Shown here one piece after another: positions 30,206-39,823 of a stretch of DNA of 64,000 nucleotides. Every line of letters starts with the position of its first letter. Position 1 is the stretch's first letter. A model generated the notes under the pieces. It had not been told where the DNA came from, did no database searches, and was given only the letters and a program-made list of their open reading frames with translations. The DNA is from Planctomycetota bacterium (GTDB lineage Bacteria; Planctomycetota; GCA-002687715; DRQF01), in contig JALTLO010000017.1 of assembly GCA_027001995.1 (NCBI GenBank), forward strand, positions 9,905 through 73,904, in the 5' to 3' direction. Made by a program: the position numbers and the translations under genes.

Positions 30206-30910
30206 CTATGCTTCGATGAGGTGCTCGCGCACGGCAAAACGACAAAGTTCGACGCGATCATGGATATCGAGCTTCTTCATGAGGGAGACTTTGTGTTTGT
30301 CCACGGTTTTGTAGGCGATGCTCAGAGCAGTCGCGATCCGCTTTACGCTCTCACCTTGGGCCAACAGCACCAATATTTGCCGCTCTCTTTCGGTCAAAAG
30401 CTGCAAACGGGTGACGGGTGGTCTTTCCAAGGAGAGCCCCCCAGCTTCATCCATACGAACACGATCCAAAATGGAGGGGGAATAATAGAGCTCTCCAGCC
30501 AAGACCTTGCGCACCCCCTGGATGATGGCATCCAGTTCTTCGTTCTTGACTGCGTATCCTCTGGCACCAACCCGCAAAGCGCTTTCAATGTACTCATCAT
30601 GTTGGTGGGCCGAAAGAAACATGACGAGGACCTTTGGGTTTCGGTGGCGGATGGCCTGAGCTGCCTCAAAACAGCCCATTCCGGGAATATCAATATCCAT
30701 CAGAATCATGTCGGGCTTCAACCGCTGGGCCATCTCGACGGCTTTGGTTCCATCGTCCGCCCAGCCCACAACGGACAATCCCGGAATATTGATCTCTAAG
30801 TTGGGTCTGAGGCAATCGACCATCAGTTTGTGGTCGTCCACCAAGAGGACGCGCACCACGGGCGCCCCTGCTTGAGGCAGGGAATCAGATTGATCGGCGC
30901 GGTCAGTCAT
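30206..30910 (-). CDS. NarL/LuxR family response regulator
   Basis: VLLVDDH, MDIDIPG, LTERERQIL...KTVDKH HTH. Confidence 0.93.
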   Translation of the reverse strand: MTDRADQSDSLPQAGAPVVRVLLVDDHKLMVDCLRPNLEINIPGLSVVGWADDGTKAVEMAQRLKPDMILMDIDIPGMGCFEAAQAIRHRNPKVLVMFLSAHQHDEYIESALRVGARGYAVKNEELDAIIQGVRKVLAGELYYSPSILDRVRMDEAGGLSLERPPVTRLQLLTERERQILVLLAQGESVKRIATALSIAYKTVDKHKVSLMKKLDIHDRVELCRFAVREHLIEA

Positions 30911-31138
30911 GAAATCTCCGAACTCCACTGGACTCAATTGTCCCCAAAAAGAGGCGCGGTTCCTGCACGGTCCATTATGTCCCGATGGCGCAGCTTTGCC
31001 ATTTCTTTTTTATTCGCATAGGAAATCCTGACTCCTGACTCGTCAGTGGACCAAATTGAGGCTATAAAGTGGACAGCCCAAACCAAGACTGGGCCATTTG
31101 GCCCAAAGTGCCCAATTTGACCCAGAAAGCACGATTTC

Positions 31139-31531
31139 ATGGAAACATTGTCCATCATCTCCACGACCTTGGCGACTTTCGCCATGCTGCTCATCGTGGC
31201 GGGACTCATTTTCGCGCGCAACAAAAAAAAACATATTCCCCTGATGATGGCCGCATTTGCCTGCGACATTGCCGGGCTCATTGTCATTGAAGTCGTCGCA
31301 AGGATTATTGGGGAGACTTCCCCAGTGGATAGCCTCGCGACCGATCCTGACGTCATGAAAAGTGTGCACGCGGCTTTCGCCACAGCTTCTCTCATCTGCT
31401 ACGGCTTCCAGATCAACTCAGGACGAAAAATTGTCGCTGGTGAGAGAACAAGACTGCCCACTCACAAATTAGTGGCCAAGATTTTCATTCTGACGCGACT
31501 TGGCGCCTATGTCACCATGTTTCTGTTCTAG
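31139..31531 (+). CDS. Four-TM membrane protein with conserved His residues (DUF420-like)
   Basis: Four hydrophobic segments with KKHIPLM, SVHAAFA, THKLVA. Confidence 0.6.
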   Translation: METLSIISTTLATFAMLLIVAGLIFARNKKKHIPLMMAAFACDIAGLIVIEVVARIIGETSPVDSLATDPDVMKSVHAAFATASLICYGFQINSGRKIVAGERTRLPTHKLVAKIFILTRLGAYVTMFLF

Positions 31532-31576
31532 GTGGACCAAAAGAAAACGGCTTGAAGGCCCTGCCCCAGTGAGACG

Positions 31577-32719
31577 TCAGATGCTATCCGGCTCGTCCAG
31601 TGGGGCGCCTTCAACGCCGTAATAAATTTGCTTCCCCACCACCTCACCTCCTTCGAAGTGGCATTCACGCCAAATCGAACCATTGCCGTGAAATTCGTAC
31701 CAAGCTCCATCCGCTTGTCCCTGGACGAAATTGCCAACTTGGAGTTTGCCTCCCTGCTCATCCCAAGTTGTCCAAGAACCATCTTGGAGCCCTCCGAGGT
31801 AGTGCCCTTCACTCTGCAGGCGGCCATTCTTGTGCCATTGGAGCCAAGCTCCTTCTAATCTCCCATGGACGTAGTGGCCCAAAGCGGCCTGCTGCTCATT
31901 GAGATACCAACTTTGGTAGGTCCCGTGGCGGCGAAACTCACCGTTTCCCAGTACTTCCAACTCACAGCGCATGTGCATGTCCTGCCCCACGGGGCCCTCT
32001 TCCACCGGTGGTGGCTGAGGTTCATCGGCGACAAGAGCCTCAGGTTGAGGATTCAAATCAAGAGAAACATCCACTTCCCCTCCTCCGGAAGCTGGACGCA
32101 AATGATCTTTGACATCCTCAATCTCTGAAGCCCCTTTGCTATCAGAATCTGACGATGGCTCCCGGGAAAGGGACTGCTGGGTCGTTGGCTTAAGAAGATC
32201 CGGCGACTCAAGAACTGAATTTCCTTCTTCTTCAGCCCTCACTTCCTCGCCGAAGTTTGTTTCCTGAGGTCGTGAAGACTCTGGGGAAGTCTCCTTTATC
32301 AACGCTGCTCCCTTCTTGCCCTCACTCAGATTCTCAAGGTCTTCAGACTTAGAGGGAGTGTCGGTAATGGAAACCGTCGCGGCCTTAGACTCACTTTCAA
32401 CATCACGGCGAGATTTCTCATCTTCTATTCGTCCGCGAAGCCCATCGAGAGCGGACTTGGCCAAGGCCAAGCTTTCTGCTGTAACGGGTCCTGCCTCTTG
32501 GGCCTCAGGGACCACAGATTTGGCACTCAAGAAGTCCAAGAAGTCATCGTGAGAGACCACAGTGACTCCCCGCCTCTTGGAGCTCACCAGCTCTTGGTTC
32601 TTGCAGGCGGCGCGAAGTGCGGCAATTGACATGGGGCGTCCACCTTCATTCATCAACTTGGCCACCTCCACCAAGGTGTAATTGCGCCCGCTCTTTGCTT
32701 TCTTCGACTTTTCGTTCAT
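31577..32719 (-). CDS. HTH (excisionase-like) plus acidic linker plus MORN-variant/YwqK repeat protein
   Basis: N-terminal YTLVEVAKLM...VVSHDDFLDFL; C-terminal repeats such as HGTYQSWYLNEQ, EGAWLQWHKNGRL, DGAWYEFHGNG. Confidence 0.7.
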   Translation of the reverse strand: MNEKSKKAKSGRNYTLVEVAKLMNEGGRPMSIAALRAACKNQELVSSKRRGVTVVSHDDFLDFLSAKSVVPEAQEAGPVTAESLALAKSALDGLRGRIEDEKSRRDVESESKAATVSITDTPSKSEDLENLSEGKKGAALIKETSPESSRPQETNFGEEVRAEEEGNSVLESPDLLKPTTQQSLSREPSSDSDSKGASEIEDVKDHLRPASGGGEVDVSLDLNPQPEALVADEPQPPPVEEGPVGQDMHMRCELEVLGNGEFRRHGTYQSWYLNEQQAALGHYVHGRLEGAWLQWHKNGRLQSEGHYLGGLQDGSWTTWDEQGGKLQVGNFVQGQADGAWYEFHGNGSIWRECHFEGGEVVGKQIYYGVEGAPLDEPDSI

Positions 32720-32795
32720 AGCCCCATCATCACTCAGGATCGCTAAGCAAACCAGCCCTATTGCCAAAACACAGGAAACTCACGACAATCAAACC

Positions 32796-33254
32796 ATGAC
32801 ACCAACCACCAACACCATACATTGGCTTTGGAAGGATTTCGACGACCTTGGCCCCCAATCTTTGTACCAGATCCTCAAACTGAGGGCTGAAGTTTTTATC
32901 GTGGAGCAAAACTGTCCCTATCTCGATCTCGACGGCAAAGATCAAATAGCAAGCCACCTTTTGGGCTACCGGAAGGACAAATTGGTGGCCTACGCCCGCA
33001 CATTCGTCGAAAACGACTTCCAATGGTTGGGAAGAATCCTGACCTGTGTTGAAGCCCGAGGCCAAGGGCTTGGGGTTTCATTGATGGAAACAGCCATTCT
33101 TCGCCACGACACCGAATTCCCCATGGCCATGCACGCTCAATCCCATCTCTCGAAATTCTACGAGCGCTTCGGATTCAAAAGAACAGGGGAAGTCTTCTTA
33201 GAAGACGGAATTCCCCATGTTCTCATGGTTCGACCTCAGAAAAACAGAGGATAA
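32796..33254 (+). CDS. elaA: ElaA-family GNAT acetyltransferase
   Basis: LKLRAEVFIVEQNCPYLDLDGKD, ARGQGLG, FLEDGIPH. Confidence 0.88.
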   Translation: MTPTTNTIHWLWKDFDDLGPQSLYQILKLRAEVFIVEQNCPYLDLDGKDQIASHLLGYRKDKLVAYARTFVENDFQWLGRILTCVEARGQGLGVSLMETAILRHDTEFPMAMHAQSHLSKFYERFGFKRTGEVFLEDGIPHVLMVRPQKNRG

Positions 33255-33257
33255 AGA

Positions 33258-35405
33258 TCAGTCAAACAAACCACGATAGCGATCCAAGAAAGAGCGAATA
33301 ACCCCCATGGGGCTGGCTTCATGAACGCGCATGATGACATCACCTGCATCATTGATGTCTGTCACCGGTTGAACCCAGAGATTGCGGGGTTTCCTCTTTG
33401 ACAGGACATAGGCCCGAATATCCAAGAAGCGTTGATTTACCCCGGTGAGATCAGCATAGAGGGCCCGGCCCGCTTTGTCGTCGCCCGTTGCTTTGTAAAC
33501 GTTCAATTGAGTCAAGAATCGCGCCACGGCTTTGGCGCCGACAGTTTCGATCTTTTCTCGATCGAGATGGATGCGCCAATCTCCTTTGTCATCTTGCTTG
33601 ATTTCAATGAAACCGCCACCAGCACGAAGCATGATTTGCAAGATCGCAAAACGAGCCTGCATGTGAGCTTGTCCCCATTTCTTCTTGGCCGGATCAAAGA
33701 ATGTCAAAGCGGCAATGCCAGACCGAGCCATGCTCAGCCAATTGATGTAAGCAATGTCTTTGGCTTCTTGCCCTTCGTAACCAAAGATCTTTAGGACGTC
33801 ATCGTTGGTACAAAGATGAAGACCAACAGTTTCTGCCCGGCATTCTTCATAGGAGGAGGCGATGGTGGTGAACTTAGAACCCCAAGTTTCACCGGGTTTG
33901 TACCAGGAGGTCACGGGCTTGTTGTCGATGGTGCTCACGACCGACTCGGGGTCAAAATTGAAAGTCCCATCCTTTTCTTCTCGAAGAAGACGCCCTGACC
34001 CATGCCCCAGCAATTCATGCAATCCCACCTGAACTTCGAAGGAATGTCCAGCGAGATGGCGATATAATTCTTGATCATGCTCGCTGATAAAACTGATTGG
34101 CCCTTTGCCACCACCACGGCCACTGGCCACATTGCCTAATGACACATTCTTGAATCCAAAATTCTGGCGGATCTCATTGTAGTTAGGGATGTTAATCCCC
34201 AAGGGAATGCCGCTGCTGGCAAAGCAAATGACTTCCAGAGAAGTGAAATCTGGTTTGCGAAAGGTCTTTTTCTCAAAGTTCTTCCCCCAAGGAAGAAGAG
34301 GGATAAGGCTTGGGGCGGCGTTCACCAAGGCGGCGAATTTCTTGGTTTGCTCCTTATTAACCACGGCAACCAATCCTTCCCATTCTGCTCGTACAGATTG
34401 AGGATCCCGATAGGTCTCAATGAATCCCAAATTCGTTTCGACAACAGGACCTGTATCCAAAATCCACTGCCGTTGGGACTCTTTATGATCATCAATATCA
34501 CCACCATTGAAGTGATCGATGTAGGCCAAGATCATCCGCCGCTGATGATCATTTGCAGCATGAGGCAAAGCCTTCTTGAAGCAATCCACGACTATTTTCA
34601 AAATGGACGCATAGTCGCCGTATTCAAGGGTGTAAGAACGGCCACGAAATTCAAGAGTTTGGCTGGGCTGCTCAAGAGCCGATGCGATCTGAATGTGCAA
34701 ACCACCAGCTTCGTCTTTGGTCAACCTCGTATTCCAGGCCTCGAAGCCCTTTCCCTTCATGAATGCTGCGCAGTCGTCAATGTCCTTCTGATTGATGTTA
34801 TCGGAGTAGTAGGCCGAAACGCCATCAGCCCCAATACCAAGGGACAAGACATCATCATCCAAAGAGTAGATGGGATCCGCCAACATCGACCAAAGTTCAA
34901 TGAGGCGATCCTGCTTCGCTTCTCCTGCTCCCGCGATAGCGAAAACGGCCTTGGCAAACTTCTCCCGACTCAAACGAGGGATGAACTTCGTGTCGCCGAA
35001 ACTCAGATAATTACCACAATTTGCCAACACGCGGGCACCATAAGTGGCCAGGTCACTCAGATCTTCCTCACTGAGACCTGCCCTGGTCGTTGCAGCTCTG
35101 AAGTCCACCTCACTTCCTTGGTAGAGGCGCATAAAAAGCTCGAGGATGAGGGGGCTTTCCGGCGACAACTGCTCAAAAGTGATGAGGGCTCCCCACCAAC
35201 TCGCCTGGCTCATCCAATGGGCATAAAGCTTTTCTTTCGCCGTAAGGCCATCAAAGGCAGCTTGAGCATCCAATACAGTCACTGGAACATTTTGAGCGGT
35301 GGTATGGAGTTCGGCTTTGGTTTGGGCTTCGATATGGGAACAAAGCCCAACAAGAATGACGCAAATAGCGGCCCAACCCCAAATCGGAACAAATTTACGA
35401 GACAT
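33258..35405 (-). CDS. Dipeptidyl peptidase III (peptidase M49), exported
   Basis: HELLGH and EECRAE zinc motifs; GINIPNY; N-terminal signal peptide. Confidence 0.95.
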   Translation of the reverse strand: MSRKFVPIWGWAAICVILVGLCSHIEAQTKAELHTTAQNVPVTVLDAQAAFDGLTAKEKLYAHWMSQASWWGALITFEQLSPESPLILELFMRLYQGSEVDFRAATTRAGLSEEDLSDLATYGARVLANCGNYLSFGDTKFIPRLSREKFAKAVFAIAGAGEAKQDRLIELWSMLADPIYSLDDDVLSLGIGADGVSAYYSDNINQKDIDDCAAFMKGKGFEAWNTRLTKDEAGGLHIQIASALEQPSQTLEFRGRSYTLEYGDYASILKIVVDCFKKALPHAANDHQRRMILAYIDHFNGGDIDDHKESQRQWILDTGPVVETNLGFIETYRDPQSVRAEWEGLVAVVNKEQTKKFAALVNAAPSLIPLLPWGKNFEKKTFRKPDFTSLEVICFASSGIPLGINIPNYNEIRQNFGFKNVSLGNVASGRGGGKGPISFISEHDQELYRHLAGHSFEVQVGLHELLGHGSGRLLREEKDGTFNFDPESVVSTIDNKPVTSWYKPGETWGSKFTTIASSYEECRAETVGLHLCTNDDVLKIFGYEGQEAKDIAYINWLSMARSGIAALTFFDPAKKKWGQAHMQARFAILQIMLRAGGGFIEIKQDDKGDWRIHLDREKIETVGAKAVARFLTQLNVYKATGDDKAGRALYADLTGVNQRFLDIRAYVLSKRKPRNLWVQPVTDINDAGDVIMRVHEASPMGVIRSFLDRYRGLFD

Positions 35406-35614
35406 GAATCTCTCTCCCCTGTCGAAAACAATATCTGAACCAAGGCCAAAAAACCTCAATGGCCACCATAGAGTTGGTCATGGCGGTCAAGATTAACCTG
35501 CCAATCGGATTTGATCGAGCCCCAGCACTTGAGCCTTCCTAAGTTTCCTCTACCATGTGTGAATACTGTCTGGCAGCCATCCAATTGTGCTGCCATCGGC
35601 CCAAAGGAGTTGGA

Positions 35615-36169
35615 ATGTCGAAGAAGCTGAAAATTATCTTGGGTCTGATAGCCGCTGGGATTCTCAGCTTCGTCATCTACGTGGCATTCTTGCCCAATGA
35701 AATCTTGATCCGGGAAGATATTCGTATCAACGGCAATCAGGAAGAAGTCTATGCTTTCTTGGCTGACGTTCGCAATTGGCCCACCCTCCACCTGGAGCGA
35801 CCCAATGCCAAGAGCGAATTCTCCAAGAAAACGACCGGTGCTGGTGCTTGGTGGAGCCAACAACTGCCAAATCGCAAGCGAACAATGAAGATCGTTTCTG
35901 CCAACATCAAGAATGGCATCAAGTTCGAAATCGATTATGGAGGCTCAAAACCATTAGAATGCCACATGGTGATCAAGAAGCACCTCAACAAAGGCCTCAT
36001 TTTCGTCCGGAGTGCCCAAGGAAAAGTTTCCTTTTTTGAGAGACTTCAAAGACATGGGATTCAAAAAGCCATGCGCTCGGAAATCTACATCAGCAACCGC
36101 ATGCTGGCCAAGAAATTCGGTACCTACGAAACTGAAAATCAAAAACAGGAAACAAAGAAGGGCTCTTAA
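35615..36169 (+). CDS. SRPBCC/START-like family protein with N-terminal TM
   Basis: IRINGNQEEVYAFLADVRNWPT, GAGAWWS; AAGGAG RBS. Confidence 0.7.
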   Translation: MSKKLKIILGLIAAGILSFVIYVAFLPNEILIREDIRINGNQEEVYAFLADVRNWPTLHLERPNAKSEFSKKTTGAGAWWSQQLPNRKRTMKIVSANIKNGIKFEIDYGGSKPLECHMVIKKHLNKGLIFVRSAQGKVSFFERLQRHGIQKAMRSEIYISNRMLAKKFGTYETENQKQETKKGS

Positions 36170-36201
36170 CCCTCCCCAACCGCGAGACACAGGCCGAACA
36201 T

Positions 36202-36975
36202 TCAGGGCTTTCGCCCCATCTTGCGGTCGAACCTGCGGCTGAGGGCACGCCAAAGCTCCTTCTCTCTCCCTTTGCCTGCCAAATATGAACGCAAAAATAA
36301 CAGACGTTCACTCCTCGATACCCAGGGAGTCCGTCGATTCAAAGCATCCAAATCGAATAATCTTGCCCTCCCCCGGCAAAATGCCTGTCTCATTTTCTCC
36401 AGATCGATCAAAGAAATAGGATTCTCAGGAGAAGACAAACGACAGAACAAGTGCTTGGGATACAAGGAGCCATGGCGGTATCCAGCAGAATGAATCGACT
36501 TCACCACCGTGGCGGCGTTACGAATTGTTTCCCGACGACTTTGAGAACCAATCCCTCCAGGCCCCCACCACTGATCCTCCAGATCTGACAGGGGGATTTG
36601 CCCCGACAAATCTTGAGTCACCAAAACAGCCCGCCAGCCATCCTCACCCTTCTCTTCAGCGAAATAGACAACCTTAGGCACAGAGAATCCCAAATTGGCA
36701 AGAGCTTGGAGGTTGTCAAATTCGCGGGAGGCTGTTGGCCGCCGTAGGAAAGGCAATACAGCCCGAGTCAGATGGTCTCTTTGTCGCTTCACGAAAACCT
36801 TGACTTCTGACCCTTCCGGTGATTTCAGTTCGGTGGCTATAACCCCACTCACGCCACCACGATCCTCGTTGGGCGATTCCACCAGATCCCCTTCCAATCG
36901 CCAAAATTGATCAAAATGAAGGATCCCCTGCCCCCTCAAGGCTTCTTGCCAACCATCCTGAAACCACTGTGCCAT
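36202..36975 (-). CDS. Lipopolysaccharide kinase InaA/Kdo-WaaP family
   Basis: PNEDRGGVSGV, VFVKRQ, HGSLYPKH, LIDLEK. Confidence 0.88.
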   Translation of the reverse strand: MAQWFQDGWQEALRGQGILHFDQFWRLEGDLVESPNEDRGGVSGVIATELKSPEGSEVKVFVKRQRDHLTRAVLPFLRRPTASREFDNLQALANLGFSVPKVVYFAEEKGEDGWRAVLVTQDLSGQIPLSDLEDQWWGPGGIGSQSRRETIRNAATVVKSIHSAGYRHGSLYPKHLFCRLSSPENPISLIDLEKMRQAFCRGRARLFDLDALNRRTPWVSRSERLLFLRSYLAGKGREKELWRALSRRFDRKMGRKP

Positions 36976-37084
36976 GAAAATTCGATCACTTTTTAGGTTT
37001 GAGCTGTCAAATCTGCCCTTTGCTGGCTTTTCAAAGGAGCACGATCCGTTAATCTACCCCCACTTCTACATGGAAAGAAACCCT

Positions 37085-37675
37085 ATGGAAACATCACACT
37101 CAGATTACCATCGCAGAAACGATAGCAACGTCTTGGGAGTCGTTGGCTTCGTTTTGTCCTTCACTTGCATTTTGGCCTTTGTCGGGCTGCCTATGTCTCT
37201 CTTCGCTTTGAGGAAAAGGCCGAGAGGCTTTGCCATTGCCGGAACAATTTTCGGCCTCATTTGGGTAGGAATTCAGGTCACCGCCTTTGTCATGGCCAGC
37301 ATCTTCGCAAAAGAACACAACTACGAAACGGCGAAAAACTTCTGGGTCATGCTCATGGACTCCACCGCCATTTCCCAAGAGGCGACCAACTACAAACTCA
37401 AAAATGGCGAATTCCCTGAGACAATCAACCAGTTGACTCTTGCCGAGAAAACGAAGACTGATCCTTGGGGCACGCCCTATCGCCTCACTTTGATCACCGA
37501 TCGCCAAGGCAACCTACGCATGACGGCTCGCAGCGCGGGAATCGACAAAGTCTGGGACACAGAAGACGACCTCACCCCCCTTATGGATGCTGAGAATGAC
37601 CAAGCGACTCCGAAAAACCAAACTAAGAAACCAGCAGTAAAAGAAACTCCGAAGAAACCTAACAAAGACAAATAA
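37085..37675 (+). CDS. DUF4190-like membrane domain fused to a GspG-like pseudopilin globular domain
   Basis: GFVLSF...RGFAIAGTIFG; YKLKNGEFP...DPWGTPY...RSAGIDKVWDTEDD. Confidence 0.7.
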   Translation: METSHSDYHRRNDSNVLGVVGFVLSFTCILAFVGLPMSLFALRKRPRGFAIAGTIFGLIWVGIQVTAFVMASIFAKEHNYETAKNFWVMLMDSTAISQEATNYKLKNGEFPETINQLTLAEKTKTDPWGTPYRLTLITDRQGNLRMTARSAGIDKVWDTEDDLTPLMDAENDQATPKNQTKKPAVKETPKKPNKDK

Positions 37676-37716
37676 CTGACTTCCCGAAGTCACGACACCC
37701 ATTTGAGGAAATCCCC

Positions 37717-39792
37717 ATGAGTCGCACGCGATCCTATCTCCTGCTTCTGATTCTCATCATATCGACCCCCAGTCTTGCCAACGGCCAAGACAATTTTGAA
37801 CTGGGAAAAATGTGGACCTTCGAGAACGCTCCTCGAGCGTACTTCCTGAAAGAACACGGACTGAACCTGACTGACGAATGGCTCGATTCCGTTCGATTGT
37901 CCTATCTCAAGTTTGGCGGGGGCTGCTCATCTTCCTTCGTTTCTCCCCGCGGCCTCATCATGACCAACCATCATTGCTCTCGAGGTTTCATCGCTACCGC
38001 CTCTCCCGCAGGAAGCGATTGGGTCAAGAACGGCTACATAGCCAAGACCATCAACGATGAAGTTCCCTTGGCGGGTCTCGTCTGTCGGCAACAAGTGGGC
38101 ATGCACGACATCACCCAGATGATGAACAAAGGAATCAAAGCAACAGATGATGACAAGACGGTGGCGGAAAAACGCGACGCCAACAAGAAGGCCATTCTAG
38201 CTGATGCCCAGAAAAAGCACCCGGAGTTAGAGCCAGAGGTGGTCGCCCTCTATCAAGGTGGCATGTATCAACTCTACCTCTATCGCAGCTTCTCTGACAT
38301 CCGATTGGTCGCAGCACCGCATTTGCAAACAGCCCATTTCGGCGGCGACCCAGACAACTTCACTTATCCTCGTTTCGGCATCGACTTCACGTTCGTCCGT
38401 GCTTACGTTGATGGCAAACCCTTTGACAGCAGCGCCCACTATTTCCACTTCAACCCCCAAGGTGCAGTGGAAGGCGAATCCGTCTTCGTTCCTGGAAACC
38501 CTGGTTCCACCAACAGACTGATGACCAAAGCAGAATTGGAATATTGGCGGGACGTTCGTGCCCCCGTAATCCGCGACATCATCCGTATGCGTGGTGCCTA
38601 TTTAGAGGCTCGAATCGCCGAAAACCCAAGCTTAGAACCTTCTCTGCGTCCCCAAGTCTTGAGCAATGACAAAGGCAAAAAGGCCTGGGCAGGCTACCAC
38701 AATGCCCTTCTCTCTGACGACTTCATGGCTTACAAGTCAAAAGCCGAAGAGATGTTCAAGAGCAAAATCCAGAAGGACCCAGCCCTCAAGAAAAAGTATG
38801 GCAAGACATGGGACAGGATCGCTGATATCGCTCGAGGACAGCGAAAAATGTTGGCGCTCAATCGAGCCCACAACACCCTGCGAAATCCCTTATTATCTCG
38901 AGCATTGAATTTGGTCCGCGTCAACGACCCCAGTCTTTCAGCAAAGGAAAAAGGGGCAGCCAGGAAAGCTCTAACCGGAAGGGGCGGCCTGAAAGACATA
39001 GCTCTCGCCAAAGGAGCAGACCTGATTAACCTAGGTTTATGGTTGGATCATGGCCGTACCTGGGCGCCGAAAAATGATGCTTTCATCGCCGCCATCTACC
39101 CAGAATTATCCCCTACAGAGGCCGTTGCCCAGTTGCACGCCAATTCTCCGTGTGCCGCCGGAAATACCGCCAAGGAATTAATGGAAGCTGGAATGGATGT
39201 TCTCAAGGGCAGCAAAGATGCAGCCATCCAAGCAGCTCTCATCCTCCATAAGATGACTCAAGCTGAAAAAGGCAAAATGCAAGAGTTGGGAACAAAGCTC
39301 AAAGTTCAGAAGACCAAAATTGGACAAGCTCTCTTTGCTGTGTACGGCACATCCGTGAGTCCAGATGCCACCGGTACTTTGCGAATCTCTGATGGCAAAG
39401 TAAAAGGTTTCCCAATGAACGGTACCATTGCCCCATGGAGAACAACTTTCTATGGCCTCTACGGAAGAGCCACCGCCTTCGACAATCAATACCCTTTTGA
39501 TCTGCCCCAGGTTTGGTTGGACAAGCGCGACAAGATCGATCTCGCGAAACCAGTGAACTTCGTCGCCACCAACGACATCATCGGTGGCAATTCCGGAAGC
39601 GCTGTTATCAATGCGAAAAGAGAAGTTGTGGGCCTCATTTTCGATGGCAACATCGAAATGTTGGGAAATAACTTTGTTTATCGCAGTGACATCCCCCGGA
39701 GTGTCTCCGTTCATACCGCGGCAATCCTGGAAGCTCTCCAGAGAATCTACAATGCCGATCGGGTTGTTTCTGAGCTTCTTAGCTGGATGTAG
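37717..39792 (+). CDS. S46 family dipeptidyl peptidase (DPP7-type)
   Basis: GKMW, TNHHC (His), GGDPDNF (Asp), GGNSGS (Ser); FDGN indicates a Gly S1 residue as in DPP7. Confidence 0.93.
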   Translation: MSRTRSYLLLLILIISTPSLANGQDNFELGKMWTFENAPRAYFLKEHGLNLTDEWLDSVRLSYLKFGGGCSSSFVSPRGLIMTNHHCSRGFIATASPAGSDWVKNGYIAKTINDEVPLAGLVCRQQVGMHDITQMMNKGIKATDDDKTVAEKRDANKKAILADAQKKHPELEPEVVALYQGGMYQLYLYRSFSDIRLVAAPHLQTAHFGGDPDNFTYPRFGIDFTFVRAYVDGKPFDSSAHYFHFNPQGAVEGESVFVPGNPGSTNRLMTKAELEYWRDVRAPVIRDIIRMRGAYLEARIAENPSLEPSLRPQVLSNDKGKKAWAGYHNALLSDDFMAYKSKAEEMFKSKIQKDPALKKKYGKTWDRIADIARGQRKMLALNRAHNTLRNPLLSRALNLVRVNDPSLSAKEKGAARKALTGRGGLKDIALAKGADLINLGLWLDHGRTWAPKNDAFIAAIYPELSPTEAVAQLHANSPCAAGNTAKELMEAGMDVLKGSKDAAIQAALILHKMTQAEKGKMQELGTKLKVQKTKIGQALFAVYGTSVSPDATGTLRISDGKVKGFPMNGTIAPWRTTFYGLYGRATAFDNQYPFDLPQVWLDKRDKIDLAKPVNFVATNDIIGGNSGSAVINAKREVVGLIFDGNIEMLGNNFVYRSDIPRSVSVHTAAILEALQRIYNADRVVSELLSWM

Positions 39793-39823
39793 TAAGTAGA
39801 GTTCGAGTTTAGAAGGAACAGAG

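Noticed and set aside
31577..33254. GNAT toxin plus antitoxin pair
   Set aside because: The GNAT is a typical ElaA and is transcribed divergently; it is not the AtaT/TacT type with an RHH antitoxin operon.
34347..35438. Long antisense ORF (363 aa) and similar shadow ORFs such as 16828-17517, 30164-30799, 39178-39918 and 63196-63882
   Set aside because: They lie opposite well-supported genes and have no motifs; consistent with codon-bias shadows.
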